A DNA stretch of 64,000 nt from contig JAVZHX010000001.1 in the NCBI GenBank assembly GCA_038871515.1, forward strand, positions 192,001-256,000, given 5' to 3'. How positions within the stretch are numbered: position 1 is the stretch's first letter; every line of letters begins with the position of its first letter. This document shows positions 1 to 9,815 of the stretch, in pieces. Both the position numbers and the translations under genes were made by a program. This DNA comes from Candidatus Micrarchaeia archaeon. Its GTDB lineage: Archaea; Micrarchaeota; Micrarchaeia; Burarchaeales; Fermentimicrarchaeaceae. The notes beneath the pieces were generated by a model that ran no database searches, was not told the origin of the DNA, and saw only the letters and a program-made list of their open reading frames with translations.

Positions 1-35
1 AATCTGTTCAAGAAATACCCCAATAACAGCATATC

Positions 36-1657
36 GTTAGAATAAGACTATTGTAGGATTGAAATTGTACAGCGAGCGATGTAAACGGGGAATATTACAT
101 AGTTAGAATAAGACTATTGTAGGATTGAAATTCAATCTCATACAACTTCTTTCTTGCTATCTCTTCTGGTTAGAATAAGACTATTGTAGGATTGAAATTT
201 TGATAATGCTTTTGAAATTCTCTTTTGAATTTGGTTAGAATAAGACTATTGTAGGATTGAAATATCTTGCAGACATGACAGACATTAATATCCCTGTCGG
301 TTAGAATAAGACTATTGTAGGATTGAAATCAATTTCAGCGCGTCAATAATCTCACATGGGATTACGGTTAGAATAAGACTATTGTAGGATTGAAATGCTT
401 CAGACACTTTACAAGCGACGATTACAAATACAGTTAGAATAAGACTATTGTAGGATTGAAATCAATCTATCATTTTCAAAATTTCAATCTCGTCGTATGG
501 TTAGAATAAGACTATTGTAGGATTGAAATTTCTATGGTTCAATAATTTTAAGTTCTGCTTTCTGTGTTAGAATAAGACTATTGTAGGATTGAAATGAATT
601 CTTGTCCTCTAAATCTAAGCCAAAAAGCAAAGGTTAGAATAAGACTATTGTAGGATTGAAATTTATCTCCTCTTCTGAGAATGGCTTATTGAGTTCGGGT
701 TAGAATAAGACTATTGTAGGATTGAAATTAAAAGGGTTATGTATGAACCTATATATATAGTTTTGTTAGAATAAGACTATTGTAGGATTGAAATATGATG
801 GCTTTTCCAGTTGTCGCTCCGATTACCTCAAGTTAGAATAAGACTATTGTAGGATTGAAATTAGTCACTACCAGCATTCTCTTACCTCCTTCTCCTTGTT
901 AGAATAAGACTATTGTAGGATTGAAATTAGTCACTACCAGCATTCTCTTACCTCCTTCTCCTTGTTAGAATAAGACTATTGTAGGATTGAAATTAATCGC
1001 AAACTATCCTAACGCATCTCTGGGAATGAGTTAGAATAAGACTATTGTAGGATTGAAATTCGGAAACTCTTCTTGATGTGGTGCGTTCCTCCAAGGTTAG
1101 AATAAGACTATTGTAGGATTGAAATTAACCCTCTTCCTTTAATTTCTTAACTTTTTCCATATGTTAGAATAAGACTATTGTAGGATTGAAATTTTCCTTT
1201 TTCACCGCTGATTACTATAGTGATATCCGTTAGAATAAGACTATTGTAGGATTGAAATATATGAAGAGAATCAGTATTGCGAAAGCCCAGAACGGTTAGA
1301 ATAAGACTATTGTAGGATTGAAATATTTTCTTTGATGGTTCAACGAAAATCGTAATCATTGTTAGAATAAGACTATTGTAGGATTGAAATAAACATTACA
1401 ATTGTATATTATAACTTTACAGAGTTGGTTAGAATAAGACTATTGTAGGATTGAAATAAAGAATACGAACTTTGTTTTATGCCTGTTTCAATATGTTAGA
1501 ATAAGACTATTGTAGGATTGAAATAACGATGGGATGGTGGCATACGATTACGATAACCACGTTAGAATAAGACTATTGTAGGATTGAAATAAACATTACA
1601 ATTGTATATTATAACTTTACAGAGTTGGTTAGAATAAGACTATTGTAGGATTGAAAT
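36..1657 (+). CRISPR. CRISPR array, 25 identical 30-bp repeats GTTAGAATAAGACTATTGTAGGATTGAAAT with 35-37 bp spacers; probably continues left of the window
   Basis: Repeats read directly from 36 to 1657; bases 1-35 look like a further spacer. The 3' ATTGAAAT end suggests + orientation. No cas genes in the window. Confidence 0.99.
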
Positions 1658-1748
1658 GTGTTCAGAGGAGTTTAAGAATTCTTTTTCACTTATTAATCTA
1701 AAAAGGATAAAAACCAAATAAGGATAACTTAAGCAGGATAGTGATAAA

Positions 1749-2228
1749 ATGCCCTTCACCCCATTCCACCTTGGACCTGCATTGCTTCTCGGCATGTTGT
1801 TGTTCAACTACGTGAGCTTACCTGCACTGATTATCTCCTCAGTGATAACTGACCTGGAACCTCTTGCAGTTCTGCTTCTTGGTTTAAACTACCCCACGCA
1901 TGGCTTCTTCCACTCCCTCCTTGGAGGAACAGCAACAGCACTTTTTCTTTTCTTTATAATGAGCGCAACAGACAAAGAAGTTCAAAAGCTCATGTCACGC
2001 ATTAAACTACAGCAGAAGCACTCAAAAGGAAAAATACTGCTTGGCTGCTTGTTTGGAGTTTATTCACATATCCTTCTTGACTCATCCCTTGGCTATCCAG
2101 ATATAAAACCTCTCTTTCCTTTTGAAGGCAACCCCTTCTCCTCCTTAACCTACTCTGAGGTTTACCTTCTTTGCACACTCTCTTTCTTTCTTGGCTTGGC
2201 TCTGTGTATTGATAAAATAAGAAAGTGA
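1749..2228 (+). CDS. Membrane-bound metal-dependent hydrolase (YdjM-like)
   Basis: MPFTPFH...D-x-EP...HGFFHS...SHILLD motifs and hydrophobic helices. Confidence 0.8.
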   Translation: MPFTPFHLGPALLLGMLLFNYVSLPALIISSVITDLEPLAVLLLGLNYPTHGFFHSLLGGTATALFLFFIMSATDKEVQKLMSRIKLQQKHSKGKILLGCLFGVYSHILLDSSLGYPDIKPLFPFEGNPFSSLTYSEVYLLCTLSFFLGLALCIDKIRK

Positions 2229-2229
2229 A

Positions 2230-2385
2230 CTACGCTTTCTTTGCTCTCAGCTCCTTTCTCTTAGGTCTCAAGTGCGGATAATGGCACTTCCTGCACTTCT
2301 CAGCTCCTCTTGGGTTTCTTGCCTTGCACTTCCTGCATATCCATATCTCGCTGAGCTTTGCATCTGCAATTGGGAATTTTCCCAT
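2230..2385 (-). CDS. rpl40e: 50S ribosomal protein L40e (51 aa, missing from the ORF track)
   Basis: Own translation: MGKFPIADAKLSEIWICRKCKARNPRGAEKCRKCHYPHLRPKRKELRAKKA*. Confidence 0.95.
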   Translation of the reverse strand: MGKFPIADAKLSEIWICRKCKARNPRGAEKCRKCHYPHLRPKRKELRAKKA

Positions 2386-2459
2386 AGAAAATCACCTGAA
2401 GTTAGATATTTTTGGAGAAGTAAGTTTAAATTCATATTCTTACATATTTTTAACCCTGA

Positions 2460-2531
2460 GCCCCAGTAGCTCAGTGGTAGAGCGAACGCCTTGTAAGCGT
2501 TAGGTCGCGAGTTCAATCCTCGCCTGGGGCT
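2460..2531 (+). tRNA. tRNA-Thr(UGU), no intron
   Basis: Cloverleaf GCCCCAG/CTGGGGC; anticodon arm AACGC-CT TGT AA-GCGTT; T-loop TTCAATC. Confidence 0.97.
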
Positions 2532-2572
2532 TGGATGGAGTTATAAAACTGATTGCACAAAAGAGGAGAAAC

Positions 2573-4360
2573 ATGTGTGGTATTTTTGGTATAATCACTC
2601 TGAAGCCAAGAGCAATAGGCAAGGATTTGACTGCTGGAGGAAAAAGGTTAAGTTACAGAGGTTACGACTCGGTTGGCTGCGCCGTTATTTCTGATGGAAA
2701 AATTGACTTAAGAAAAGACGTTGGAAAGATTGATGAGGTAAGCAAAAAATTAAAGTTCAGCGAAATGCGCGGGGACAGAGGAGTAATTCAACTGCGCTGG
2801 GCAACATTTGGCGCACCTTCAAAAACAAACGCTCAGCCACACCTTGACTGCGACGGGGATATGGTGGGAGCGCATAATGGAAACATAGTTAACACCGCGC
2901 AGCTGAGGGAGCAGTTCAGCAAGGAAGGACACATCATAAGGAGCACAAACGATGGGGAGATATGCGTTCACGCAGTTGAGAAGTATTACGACAAAGGATT
3001 TGGGATGGTGGAGAGCATAAGAAAAGCTTATGGTGATTTGAAAGGTGATTATTCATTCATGATATTCAACAATGGAGAGAGAAGATTATATGCTGTGAAG
3101 AAGGGCTCTGGTTTGGTTGTTGGAGTGGGAGAGAATGAAATGTATTGCTCATCTGATTTGCCTTCCCTTCTCCCAATTACAAAGAAGATAATTTTTATGA
3201 ATGATGGGGAGATTGCTTCGCTCTCCCCAAGCGAAGCAAGGTTTTTCAGAATAAGCGATGGGAAAGAAATTCACAAAAGAATAATGTATTATAAGGAGAA
3301 CGCGGAGTATGCAAAGAAAGAGGGGTATAGGCACTTCATGCTGAAGGAGATTCATGAGCAGCCAGTTGCAGCAAAGGAGCTGATTGAGCTGCTTGATGAG
3401 TCAAAGTATGTGGATAAATTTAATGAGATAATTGAACATTCTAAAAAGGTTTTTCTTGTTGGGTGTGGTTCAAGCTACCACGCATGCTTGCTTGGTTCTT
3501 ATTACTTCAGCAACATTGCAAAAAAGTTAGTAATACCGGTGGTTGCTCCCCAGTTTGTAACCCAGTACGGCAACACACTCAGTGAGGAAGACGCTGTGGT
3601 GCTTGTCAGCCAAAGCGGTGAAACAAAGGATGTGATAAATGCGATGGAGTACGCAAAGAGGAAAACAGAGAGAATACTTGGAGTTATGAATGTTATTGGC
3701 TCAACTCTTATGAACTCAAGCAAGGTTTACCTTCCGCTTGCAGCTGGGTATGAGGTAAGCGTCCCTGCAACAAAAACGTTTGTTAATCAGTGTGTTATGT
3801 TTCTTTACCTTGCAAAGAGGATGAATGGTGAATCCTGCGAGGAAATGAAAAAGCTCCCTAAATTGATACAGAGAACATTGGAGTTAAGCAATGGAAGATG
3901 CAGAAAAACAGCAAATTATCTTAAGAAGTGGAATGAGCTTTACTGCTTGGGTTATGGCTCAACGTATGGAGTTGCAAGGGAGGCTGCGTTAAAAATAAAG
4001 GAGATAACCTACTCCCACTGCGAGGGAGTTTACAGCTCCGAGTTCAAGCACGGCCCCCTCTCTGCTGTGAGAAGAGGTTATCCAGTGATATTCATAAGTT
4101 CACCAAAAGATACCGATGTTATGGTGAGCCACATAAATGAGGTCACCTGCAGAGGAGGTAAAGCAATTGCAATAGCTGAGAGAAATGAAAGTATTGTAAA
4201 AAACTCTGATGAGTTGATTGAGGTTCCTCGTTCAAACGATTACTTCTTCCCAATCCTTGCAACAGTTCCAGCACAGCTTGTTGCGTATTACATGAGCGTT
4301 GGAAAAGGGATTAACCCAGATTTTCCAAGGAATTTGAGCAAGACGATTACTGTTGATTGA
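2573..4360 (+). CDS. glmS: Glutamine-fructose-6-phosphate transaminase (isomerizing)
   Basis: MCGIFG N-terminal nucleophile, RGYDS, SQSGETKD, EFKHGP and PRNLSKTITVD motifs; ATG at 2573 after a GAGGAG SD. Confidence 0.93.
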   Translation: MCGIFGIITLKPRAIGKDLTAGGKRLSYRGYDSVGCAVISDGKIDLRKDVGKIDEVSKKLKFSEMRGDRGVIQLRWATFGAPSKTNAQPHLDCDGDMVGAHNGNIVNTAQLREQFSKEGHIIRSTNDGEICVHAVEKYYDKGFGMVESIRKAYGDLKGDYSFMIFNNGERRLYAVKKGSGLVVGVGENEMYCSSDLPSLLPITKKIIFMNDGEIASLSPSEARFFRISDGKEIHKRIMYYKENAEYAKKEGYRHFMLKEIHEQPVAAKELIELLDESKYVDKFNEIIEHSKKVFLVGCGSSYHACLLGSYYFSNIAKKLVIPVVAPQFVTQYGNTLSEEDAVVLVSQSGETKDVINAMEYAKRKTERILGVMNVIGSTLMNSSKVYLPLAAGYEVSVPATKTFVNQCVMFLYLAKRMNGESCEEMKKLPKLIQRTLELSNGRCRKTANYLKKWNELYCLGYGSTYGVAREAALKIKEITYSHCEGVYSSEFKHGPLSAVRRGYPVIFISSPKDTDVMVSHINEVTCRGGKAIAIAERNESIVKNSDELIEVPRSNDYFFPILATVPAQLVAYYMSVGKGINPDFPRNLSKTITVD

Positions 4361-4407
4361 AAGGTGAGGCTTTTATTGTTATAGATTGAATAATTAAGCG
4401 TGGTTCT

Positions 4408-5292
4408 GTGAGAACAGGAACAAAAATTTTGAAAGAGGGGTTTGCCAGAATGCAGAAGGGAGGAGTGATAATGGATGTTGTCACTCCACAGCAGGCAAGA
4501 ATTGCAGAAAGAGCAGGGGCGGTTGCAGTTATGGCATTGCACGCAGTTCCAGCAGATATACGGGCAAAAGGAGGGGTTGCAAGGATGGCTGACCCTGCTG
4601 TGATAAAAAAAATAATGGATGCAGTTACCATTCCAGTGATGGCAAAGGTGAGGATAGGGCATTTCGCGGAAGCACAGATACTTGAGGCGCTTGGGGTGGA
4701 TATGATTGATGAGTCCGAAGTTCTAACACCTGCTGATGAAATTCATATTGACAAAAGAAAATTCAAAGTTCCATTTGTCTGCGGGGCAAGAAACCTTGGG
4801 GAGGCGCTGAGAAGAATAAATGAGGGGGCAGCGATGATAAGAACAAAGGGTGAGCCAGGCACGGGTGATGTTGCAGAGGCAGTGAGGCATATGAGGATAA
4901 TGAATAAAGAAATTGGCGAGCTTGCTTCTTTGAGGGATGACAGGGAGATGCTGAAAAGAAAAGCTGAGGAGCACGGAGTTCCTTTTGAGCTGGTTGAGAA
5001 AACTGCAAAGCTTGGGAGGCTGCCTGTTGTGAACTTTGCAGCTGGCGGGATTGCAACGCCTGCGGATGCAGCAATGATGATGCAGCTCGGCGCAGATGGA
5101 GTGTTTGTTGGTTCCGGGATATTCAAATCCTCCAGCCCAGAAAAATACGCGAAAGCAATTGTTGAGGCAACAAGAAGCTATGACAAGCCGGAAGTTCTTT
5201 TGGAAGTTTCCAGAGGATTGGGGGAGGCGATGAAGGGGATTGAGGCGAAGAGGCTCTCTGATTCAGAGAGGATGCAAGTGAGGAGCCGCTGA
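4408..5292 (+). CDS. pdxS: Pyridoxal 5'-phosphate synthase lyase subunit
   Basis: [27 protein letters not shown] and [13 protein letters not shown] motifs. Confidence 0.97.
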   Translation: MRTGTKILKEGFARMQKGGVIMDVVTPQQARIAERAGAVAVMALHAVPADIRAKGGVARMADPAVIKKIMDAVTIPVMAKVRIGHFAEAQILEALGVDMIDESEVLTPADEIHIDKRKFKVPFVCGARNLGEALRRINEGAAMIRTKGEPGTGDVAEAVRHMRIMNKEIGELASLRDDREMLKRKAEEHGVPFELVEKTAKLGRLPVVNFAAGGIATPADAAMMMQLGADGVFVGSGIFKSSSPEKYAKAIVEATRSYDKPEVLLEVSRGLGEAMKGIEAKRLSDSERMQVRSR

Positions 5293-5305
5293 TTCTGGTG
5301 TTTTT

Positions 5306-5881
5306 ATGAAAGTTGGTGTTATTGCATTTCAGGGAGCTGTCAGCGAGCATATGGAGAAGGTTGATTTCCTGCTTGGAAAAGGAAGCGCAGTTGCTGTGAG
5401 AAAAGCGGATGATTTGAAAGAAGTTTCAGCGGTTATAATACCTGGTGGGGAATCAACAACAATTGGGAAGTTGATGAGAAACTCTGGGGTATTTGAGAGA
5501 GCGAAGAAATTGGGGGAGGAGGGTGTTCCTATCTGGGGAACGTGCGCCGGAATGATTCTGCTTGCGAAGGAAGGGGATGAGCAGGTTAGGAGAGTTGGGG
5601 GGTTGCTTGGTTTGATGCAGATGAAGGTTAGGAGGAATGCTTTTGGAAGACAGAGGGAGTCTTTTGAGGAGGAGCTTGAGGTGAAAGGAATTGGGAGGTT
5701 TCCTTGCATTTTCATAAGGGCGCCTGCTGCTGAGAGAGTTTACGGAAAGTGCAAAGCAATTGCAACTTTTAAGGAGTTTGTGGTTGCGGCTGAGCAGGAG
5801 AACCTTCTTGCGACAGCATTCCATCCGGAGCTAACTGATGATCTGAGGTTTCACGAGTATTTTCTCAGCAGAATAAGTTAA
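5306..5881 (+). CDS. pdxT: Pyridoxal 5'-phosphate synthase glutaminase subunit
   Basis: PGGESTT, GTCAG, RNAFGRQ and FHPEL motifs. Confidence 0.97.
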   Translation: MKVGVIAFQGAVSEHMEKVDFLLGKGSAVAVRKADDLKEVSAVIIPGGESTTIGKLMRNSGVFERAKKLGEEGVPIWGTCAGMILLAKEGDEQVRRVGGLLGLMQMKVRRNAFGRQRESFEEELEVKGIGRFPCIFIRAPAAERVYGKCKAIATFKEFVVAAEQENLLATAFHPELTDDLRFHEYFLSRIS

Positions 5882-5932
5882 AGTTTTTAAATCTGTTCGC
5901 CGAAAGAAATTTGTTCAAAAGGAGGTGTGTGA

Positions 5933-6154
5933 ATGGCAGAGTTAACCCCGATAGAGCAGATTGTCCTCAAAGCATTGCAGGATATTGGAGCAAGCGATGA
6001 AACAAAAATGAAAACAGCTGATGACATACAGAAGAAGTGCAACAGGCCGAAAGGGCAGGTGAACAATGCTCTGATGAGCCTTGTTAACAAAGGAGTTGTT
6101 ATAAGGAAAGTTAGGGAGAAGGCTGCTGGCTATTACCTTGCGAAAACAGGTTGA
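5933..6154 (+). CDS. Small winged-helix DNA-binding protein
   Basis: 73 aa, GGAGGTG SD, wHTH-like pattern (V..AL..LV.KG.V). Confidence 0.65.
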   Translation: MAELTPIEQIVLKALQDIGASDETKMKTADDIQKKCNRPKGQVNNALMSLVNKGVVIRKVREKAAGYYLAKTG

Positions 6155-6156
6155 GC

Positions 6157-7527
6157 ATGAAAGCGATAGTTGTTGGTGCTGGCCCTGCAGGGCTTTTCTG
6201 CGCATACGAGCTTGCAAAAGCTGGCGTGAAAGCAGTTGTGGTGGAGAGCGGGAGCAGTATAGAGAAAAGAAAATGCCCAATGAAGAGAATGGGTTACTGC
6301 GTTAAGTGCAATCCCTGCAACCTAATTCATGGGGTTGGTGGAGCTGGCTTGTTCTCAGATGGAAAGCTGAATTTAGATCCGAGAATAGGGGGGGATATGC
6401 TTCAGTTTATGACGGAGGATGAGGCGAGGAGGTTGATTGACTATGTTGATAGAGTTTTCAGTGAGCATGGAGCTGAGGGAGAGAGAAATGTGGTTGATGA
6501 AAGAGCTGAGGAGCTGATGAGAAAGGCAAAGATGGGTGGAGTCAGGTTTGTTCCAATTGTTCAGAGGCATATTGGCTCGGATAGGCTGCCTGGAGTGATT
6601 GCATCATTGAAAAGCTATTTGGAAGCGTTGGGAGTTGAATTCATTCTGAACAGGGAAGTTAAGGAGATTATTGTAAAAAATGGGGCTGTGAGCGGAGTTG
6701 TGGCTGGAAGAGAGGTTATAAAGGGGAATTTTGTGGTGCTTGCTACAGGGAGAGGAGGGGCGCAGTGGCTTGCTAGGAAGTGCATGCAGCTTGGCATCCC
6801 AACGCAGTATCAACCGCTTGACATCGGTGTTAGAGTTGAGGTGCCTGCTGAGATAATGAAACCAGTTACCGATTTATTCTGGGATCCGAAGTTTTACATA
6901 CAGACAACTCAGTATGATGATTTTGTGAGAACATTCTGCACCTGCCCAAATGGTTTTGTGATTTCGGAAAGTTATAATGATTTCATCTGCACAAACGGCC
7001 ATTCAATGGCATCTGTTAAATCTGAAAACACAAACTTCGCACTTCTTGTGAGAGTTGCTTTAACGCACCCAGTTGAGAATACAACTCAGTATGGAGAGTC
7101 TGTGGGGAGAATTGCATCAACAATTGGAGGAGGAAGGCCTATACTGCAGAGGCTTGGGGATTTGAGGGCTGGCAGAAGATCTACGTGGGAGAGGATAAAG
7201 AGAAGCTATGTGAAACCAACGTTCACGTATGTTACGCCTGGAGATGTGAGCATGGCTCTCCCTGGAAGAGTGATGGTTGATTTAAGGGAGGGTTTGGAGA
7301 TGCTGAATAAGGTTATACCTGGAGTTGCTGAGGATTCAACTCTCCTTTACGCACCGGAGATAAAGTTTCATGCGCTGAAAGTTGCTGTGAGCAGGCAGAT
7401 GGAGACGAATGTGAGAAATTTATTTGCTGTTGGTGACGGAGCAGGGGTTTCAAGGGGGATAATTGGTGCTGCTCTGAGCGGAATTGTTGCCGCAAGGGAG
7501 ATAATTAAGAGGTGTAGGCATGGATGA
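6157..7527 (+). CDS. NAD(P)/FAD-dependent oxidoreductase (COG2509-like)
   Basis: GAGPAG, GGAGLFSDGKL, RTFCTCP and GDGAGVSRG motifs. Confidence 0.85.
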   Translation: MKAIVVGAGPAGLFCAYELAKAGVKAVVVESGSSIEKRKCPMKRMGYCVKCNPCNLIHGVGGAGLFSDGKLNLDPRIGGDMLQFMTEDEARRLIDYVDRVFSEHGAEGERNVVDERAEELMRKAKMGGVRFVPIVQRHIGSDRLPGVIASLKSYLEALGVEFILNREVKEIIVKNGAVSGVVAGREVIKGNFVVLATGRGGAQWLARKCMQLGIPTQYQPLDIGVRVEVPAEIMKPVTDLFWDPKFYIQTTQYDDFVRTFCTCPNGFVISESYNDFICTNGHSMASVKSENTNFALLVRVALTHPVENTTQYGESVGRIASTIGGGRPILQRLGDLRAGRRSTWERIKRSYVKPTFTYVTPGDVSMALPGRVMVDLREGLEMLNKVIPGVAEDSTLLYAPEIKFHALKVAVSRQMETNVRNLFAVGDGAGVSRGIIGAALSGIVAAREIIKRCRHG

Positions 7528-7954
7528 GATAGTTTTTTCTGCGAAGTATAAGGATTGGGTTTCAATAAAGAAGATGGAGATTGATGAGAGAACAACAGCT
7601 CCGGAAGTTGTGCATATGCTTGCGAATATTGGTGAATCAGTTTCAAGAAAAGCGTTTGAGCTCAGCGGAGTGGACAGAGCAAGGATAGACGAGTATGTTG
7701 AAAAAATTGCAAAGGGAAAGAGGAAAGGGTATTCAACTCTGTCGGAAGTTTTTGGCGGGCTGAAGCAGAACGAAGTCAGAGAGGTTCTCCTCTCAGCTTC
7801 AAACGAGCAGCTTCTTCCGATTGCAGAAGCTTATTTTATTAGAAAGTTGCTGACAAGCTTGGGTTATGAATTAGAAGTGGGAACGGAGATGATTTCAAAA
7901 ATCTATCCCGAGCTGAAGCTTCCAAAGCCAAAAGGAAGGTTCAAAAAAGGTTGA
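7520..7954 (+). CDS. Conserved archaeal hypothetical protein (DUF2666-like)
   Basis: FSAKYKDW...KK N-terminus and YPELK.PKPKGR C-terminus resemble this family. Confidence 0.6.
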   Translation: MDEIVFSAKYKDWVSIKKMEIDERTTAPEVVHMLANIGESVSRKAFELSGVDRARIDEYVEKIAKGKRKGYSTLSEVFGGLKQNEVREVLLSASNEQLLPIAEAYFIRKLLTSLGYELEVGTEMISKIYPELKLPKPKGRFKKG

Positions 7955-7959
7955 GCAGC

Positions 7960-8460
7960 ATGAAGAAGTTCATTTACATTCTTTTCATTCTCCTCCTTCT
8001 TTTGTTCATTTGGTTGAGCTTGCAGGGCAACTACAGAGTTGGGGAGGAGTGGATGAGGGAGAGAAGCAAGTTAATCACGCTCAGCCCATTCTTCAAGCAG
8101 GAGTGGGTGAAATTGAAATGCGATACAGAAATCAACAGATCGGTTGCACAGGTTTTGCATATTGTTGATGGCTTGTGCGTGGAGGAGATGAAAGGGGAGC
8201 AGTACGAAAAGATGAGAAAGCCTTTCCTCTGCACTTCTGAGGATGCGAAAAAGATAGATGAGGCTGTGAGAAGAAAGAATGACTGCACATTTCCGCTCGG
8301 CAACCCGCTTGATGAAAAAACAAAAAATTACTTTGCGTTTGTGCTTGTGTGCGTTGCTGATTTGACTAACTGGAGTTACGTTGGTGGAGCCTGCCCTGTT
8401 GGGTACCCGCAGAGCCTTGTTTATGTGGTGGTTGACGAAGGAGGGAGTGTTTACTACTGA
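7960..8460 (+). CDS. Hypothetical secreted or membrane-anchored protein
   Basis: N-terminal hydrophobic signal/anchor and six Cys; coupled to the upstream gene. Confidence 0.6.
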   Translation: MKKFIYILFILLLLLFIWLSLQGNYRVGEEWMRERSKLITLSPFFKQEWVKLKCDTEINRSVAQVLHIVDGLCVEEMKGEQYEKMRKPFLCTSEDAKKIDEAVRRKNDCTFPLGNPLDEKTKNYFAFVLVCVADLTNWSYVGGACPVGYPQSLVYVVVDEGGSVYY

Positions 8461-8502
8461 CAGCAAGGTATATAATTTTAAGATAGTTAAAAGTAATGCC
8501 AC

Positions 8503-8575
8503 GGGGGGATGTGCTAGCCTGGTATGCTTCGGGGTTTGGGACCCCGCGACCCGAGTTCAAATCTCGGTCCCCCCA
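8503..8575 (+). tRNA. tRNA-Pro(UGG), no intron
   Basis: GGGGGGA/TCCCCCC acceptor; CGGGG-TT TGG GA-CCCCG; CCGAG-TTCAAAT-CTCGG. Confidence 0.95.
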
Positions 8576-8590
8576 CTGAATGGTGCAAAA

Positions 8591-9811
8591 ATGATTCCTG
8601 ACAACGAAATTGAGAAAATAAGGGCGGACTTTCCAATTCTGGTTAAGGGAATGGGAGGGAAGCCGGTCATATACTTTGACAATGCGTGCATGAGCCTCAG
8701 ACCTAAGCAGGTCGTGCAGGCAATGAACCAGTATTACGAAGAATACCCCGCATGCGCAGGCAGGAGCATGCACAAGCTAGGAAGAATGGTGACTGACAAG
8801 GTCGCGGAGGCAAGAAAAACTGTCGCAAAATTTCTTGGAGCAGGAAAGGCTGAAGAGGTGATATTCACCAGGAATGCAACAGAGGGAATAAACCTCGTGG
8901 CTCATTCTCTGAATTTCAAGAAGGATGATGTTGTTCTTACAAGCGACAGGGAGCATAACTCCAATCTGCTTCCTTGGCAGCTCCTTTCGAAGAGAGTGGG
9001 GGTAAAGCATCGTGTGATCCCTTCGAAAGGTAACACGGAGTTTGACTTGGAGAAGTTCAAAGAAATGGTGAAAGAAAGGGTGAAGCTGGTTTCAATCGTG
9101 CACTCATCCAATCTGGATGGATACACACTCCCTGCAGCTGAAATAATAAAAATAGCACATGAGCACGGCTCCCTGGTGCTTCTTGATGGCGCTCAATCTG
9201 CTCCCCATAAGCGGATAGATGTGAGAAAGCTGGGTGCTGATTTCTTCGTGCTGTCCGGACATAAAATGCTCGGTCCTTCTGGGATAGGCGCTTTGTATGG
9301 AAAGTACGAGCTTCTTGATAGGATGGAGCCATTTATGGTCGGGGGCGACACTGTTCAGAATGCTACGTATGACTCATATGTCCTGCTGAAACCTCCTGAG
9401 AAGTTTGAGGCAGGGCTGCAGAACTATGCAGGAAGCATTGGGCTTGCAGAGGCAGCGCGCTATCTTGAAAGGGTTGGGAGGGAGAGAATTGAGAAGCATG
9501 AAAACGAACTCAATAGGTTAATCAGCGAGAAACTGCTGGAAATAAGGGGAGTGAGCATCCTGGGTCCTAAGGAAGCGGAAAAAAGAGGTGGGATTGTCTC
9601 TTTCAACATAGAGGGAATAAACCACCACGAGGTGGCGGTTATGCTGGATGAGTACAACATAATGGTGCGTTCTGGGCAGCACTGCGTACACTCATGGTTC
9701 AACGCGCATAATATCGCCGGATCCGTGAGGGCATCATTTTATTTGTATAACACAAAAGAGGAAGCTGAGAAATTCGTAAGCGCAGTTGCGGAAATTGCAA
9801 AGTTGAGGTGA
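8591..9811 (+). CDS. sufS: Cysteine desulfurase, SufS family
   Basis: YFDNA, EHNSN, DGAQ, SGHKMLGP and RSGQHC motifs; start taken at ATG 8591 after the tRNA. Confidence 0.92.
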   Translation: MIPDNEIEKIRADFPILVKGMGGKPVIYFDNACMSLRPKQVVQAMNQYYEEYPACAGRSMHKLGRMVTDKVAEARKTVAKFLGAGKAEEVIFTRNATEGINLVAHSLNFKKDDVVLTSDREHNSNLLPWQLLSKRVGVKHRVIPSKGNTEFDLEKFKEMVKERVKLVSIVHSSNLDGYTLPAAEIIKIAHEHGSLVLLDGAQSAPHKRIDVRKLGADFFVLSGHKMLGPSGIGALYGKYELLDRMEPFMVGGDTVQNATYDSYVLLKPPEKFEAGLQNYAGSIGLAEAARYLERVGRERIEKHENELNRLISEKLLEIRGVSILGPKEAEKRGGIVSFNIEGINHHEVAVMLDEYNIMVRSGQHCVHSWFNAHNIAGSVRASFYLYNTKEEAEKFVSAVAEIAKLR

Positions 9812-9815
9812 GCCA

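Noticed and set aside
1147..1359. 70-aa minus-strand ORF with repeated FQSYNSLILT
   Set aside because: It is a translation of CRISPR repeats and spacers.
36..1657. Possible strand bias of spacers toward antisense (type III signature)
   Set aside because: About half look antisense to coding DNA, but several look sense or intergenic. It cannot be called without protospacers.
1700..1740. Three AGGATA copies after the array
   Set aside because: Short, irregularly spaced, and expected in AT/purine-rich DNA.
8381..8590. N-terminal extension of SufS in the ORF track
   Set aside because: It runs through tRNA-Pro(UGG); the real start is ATG 8591.
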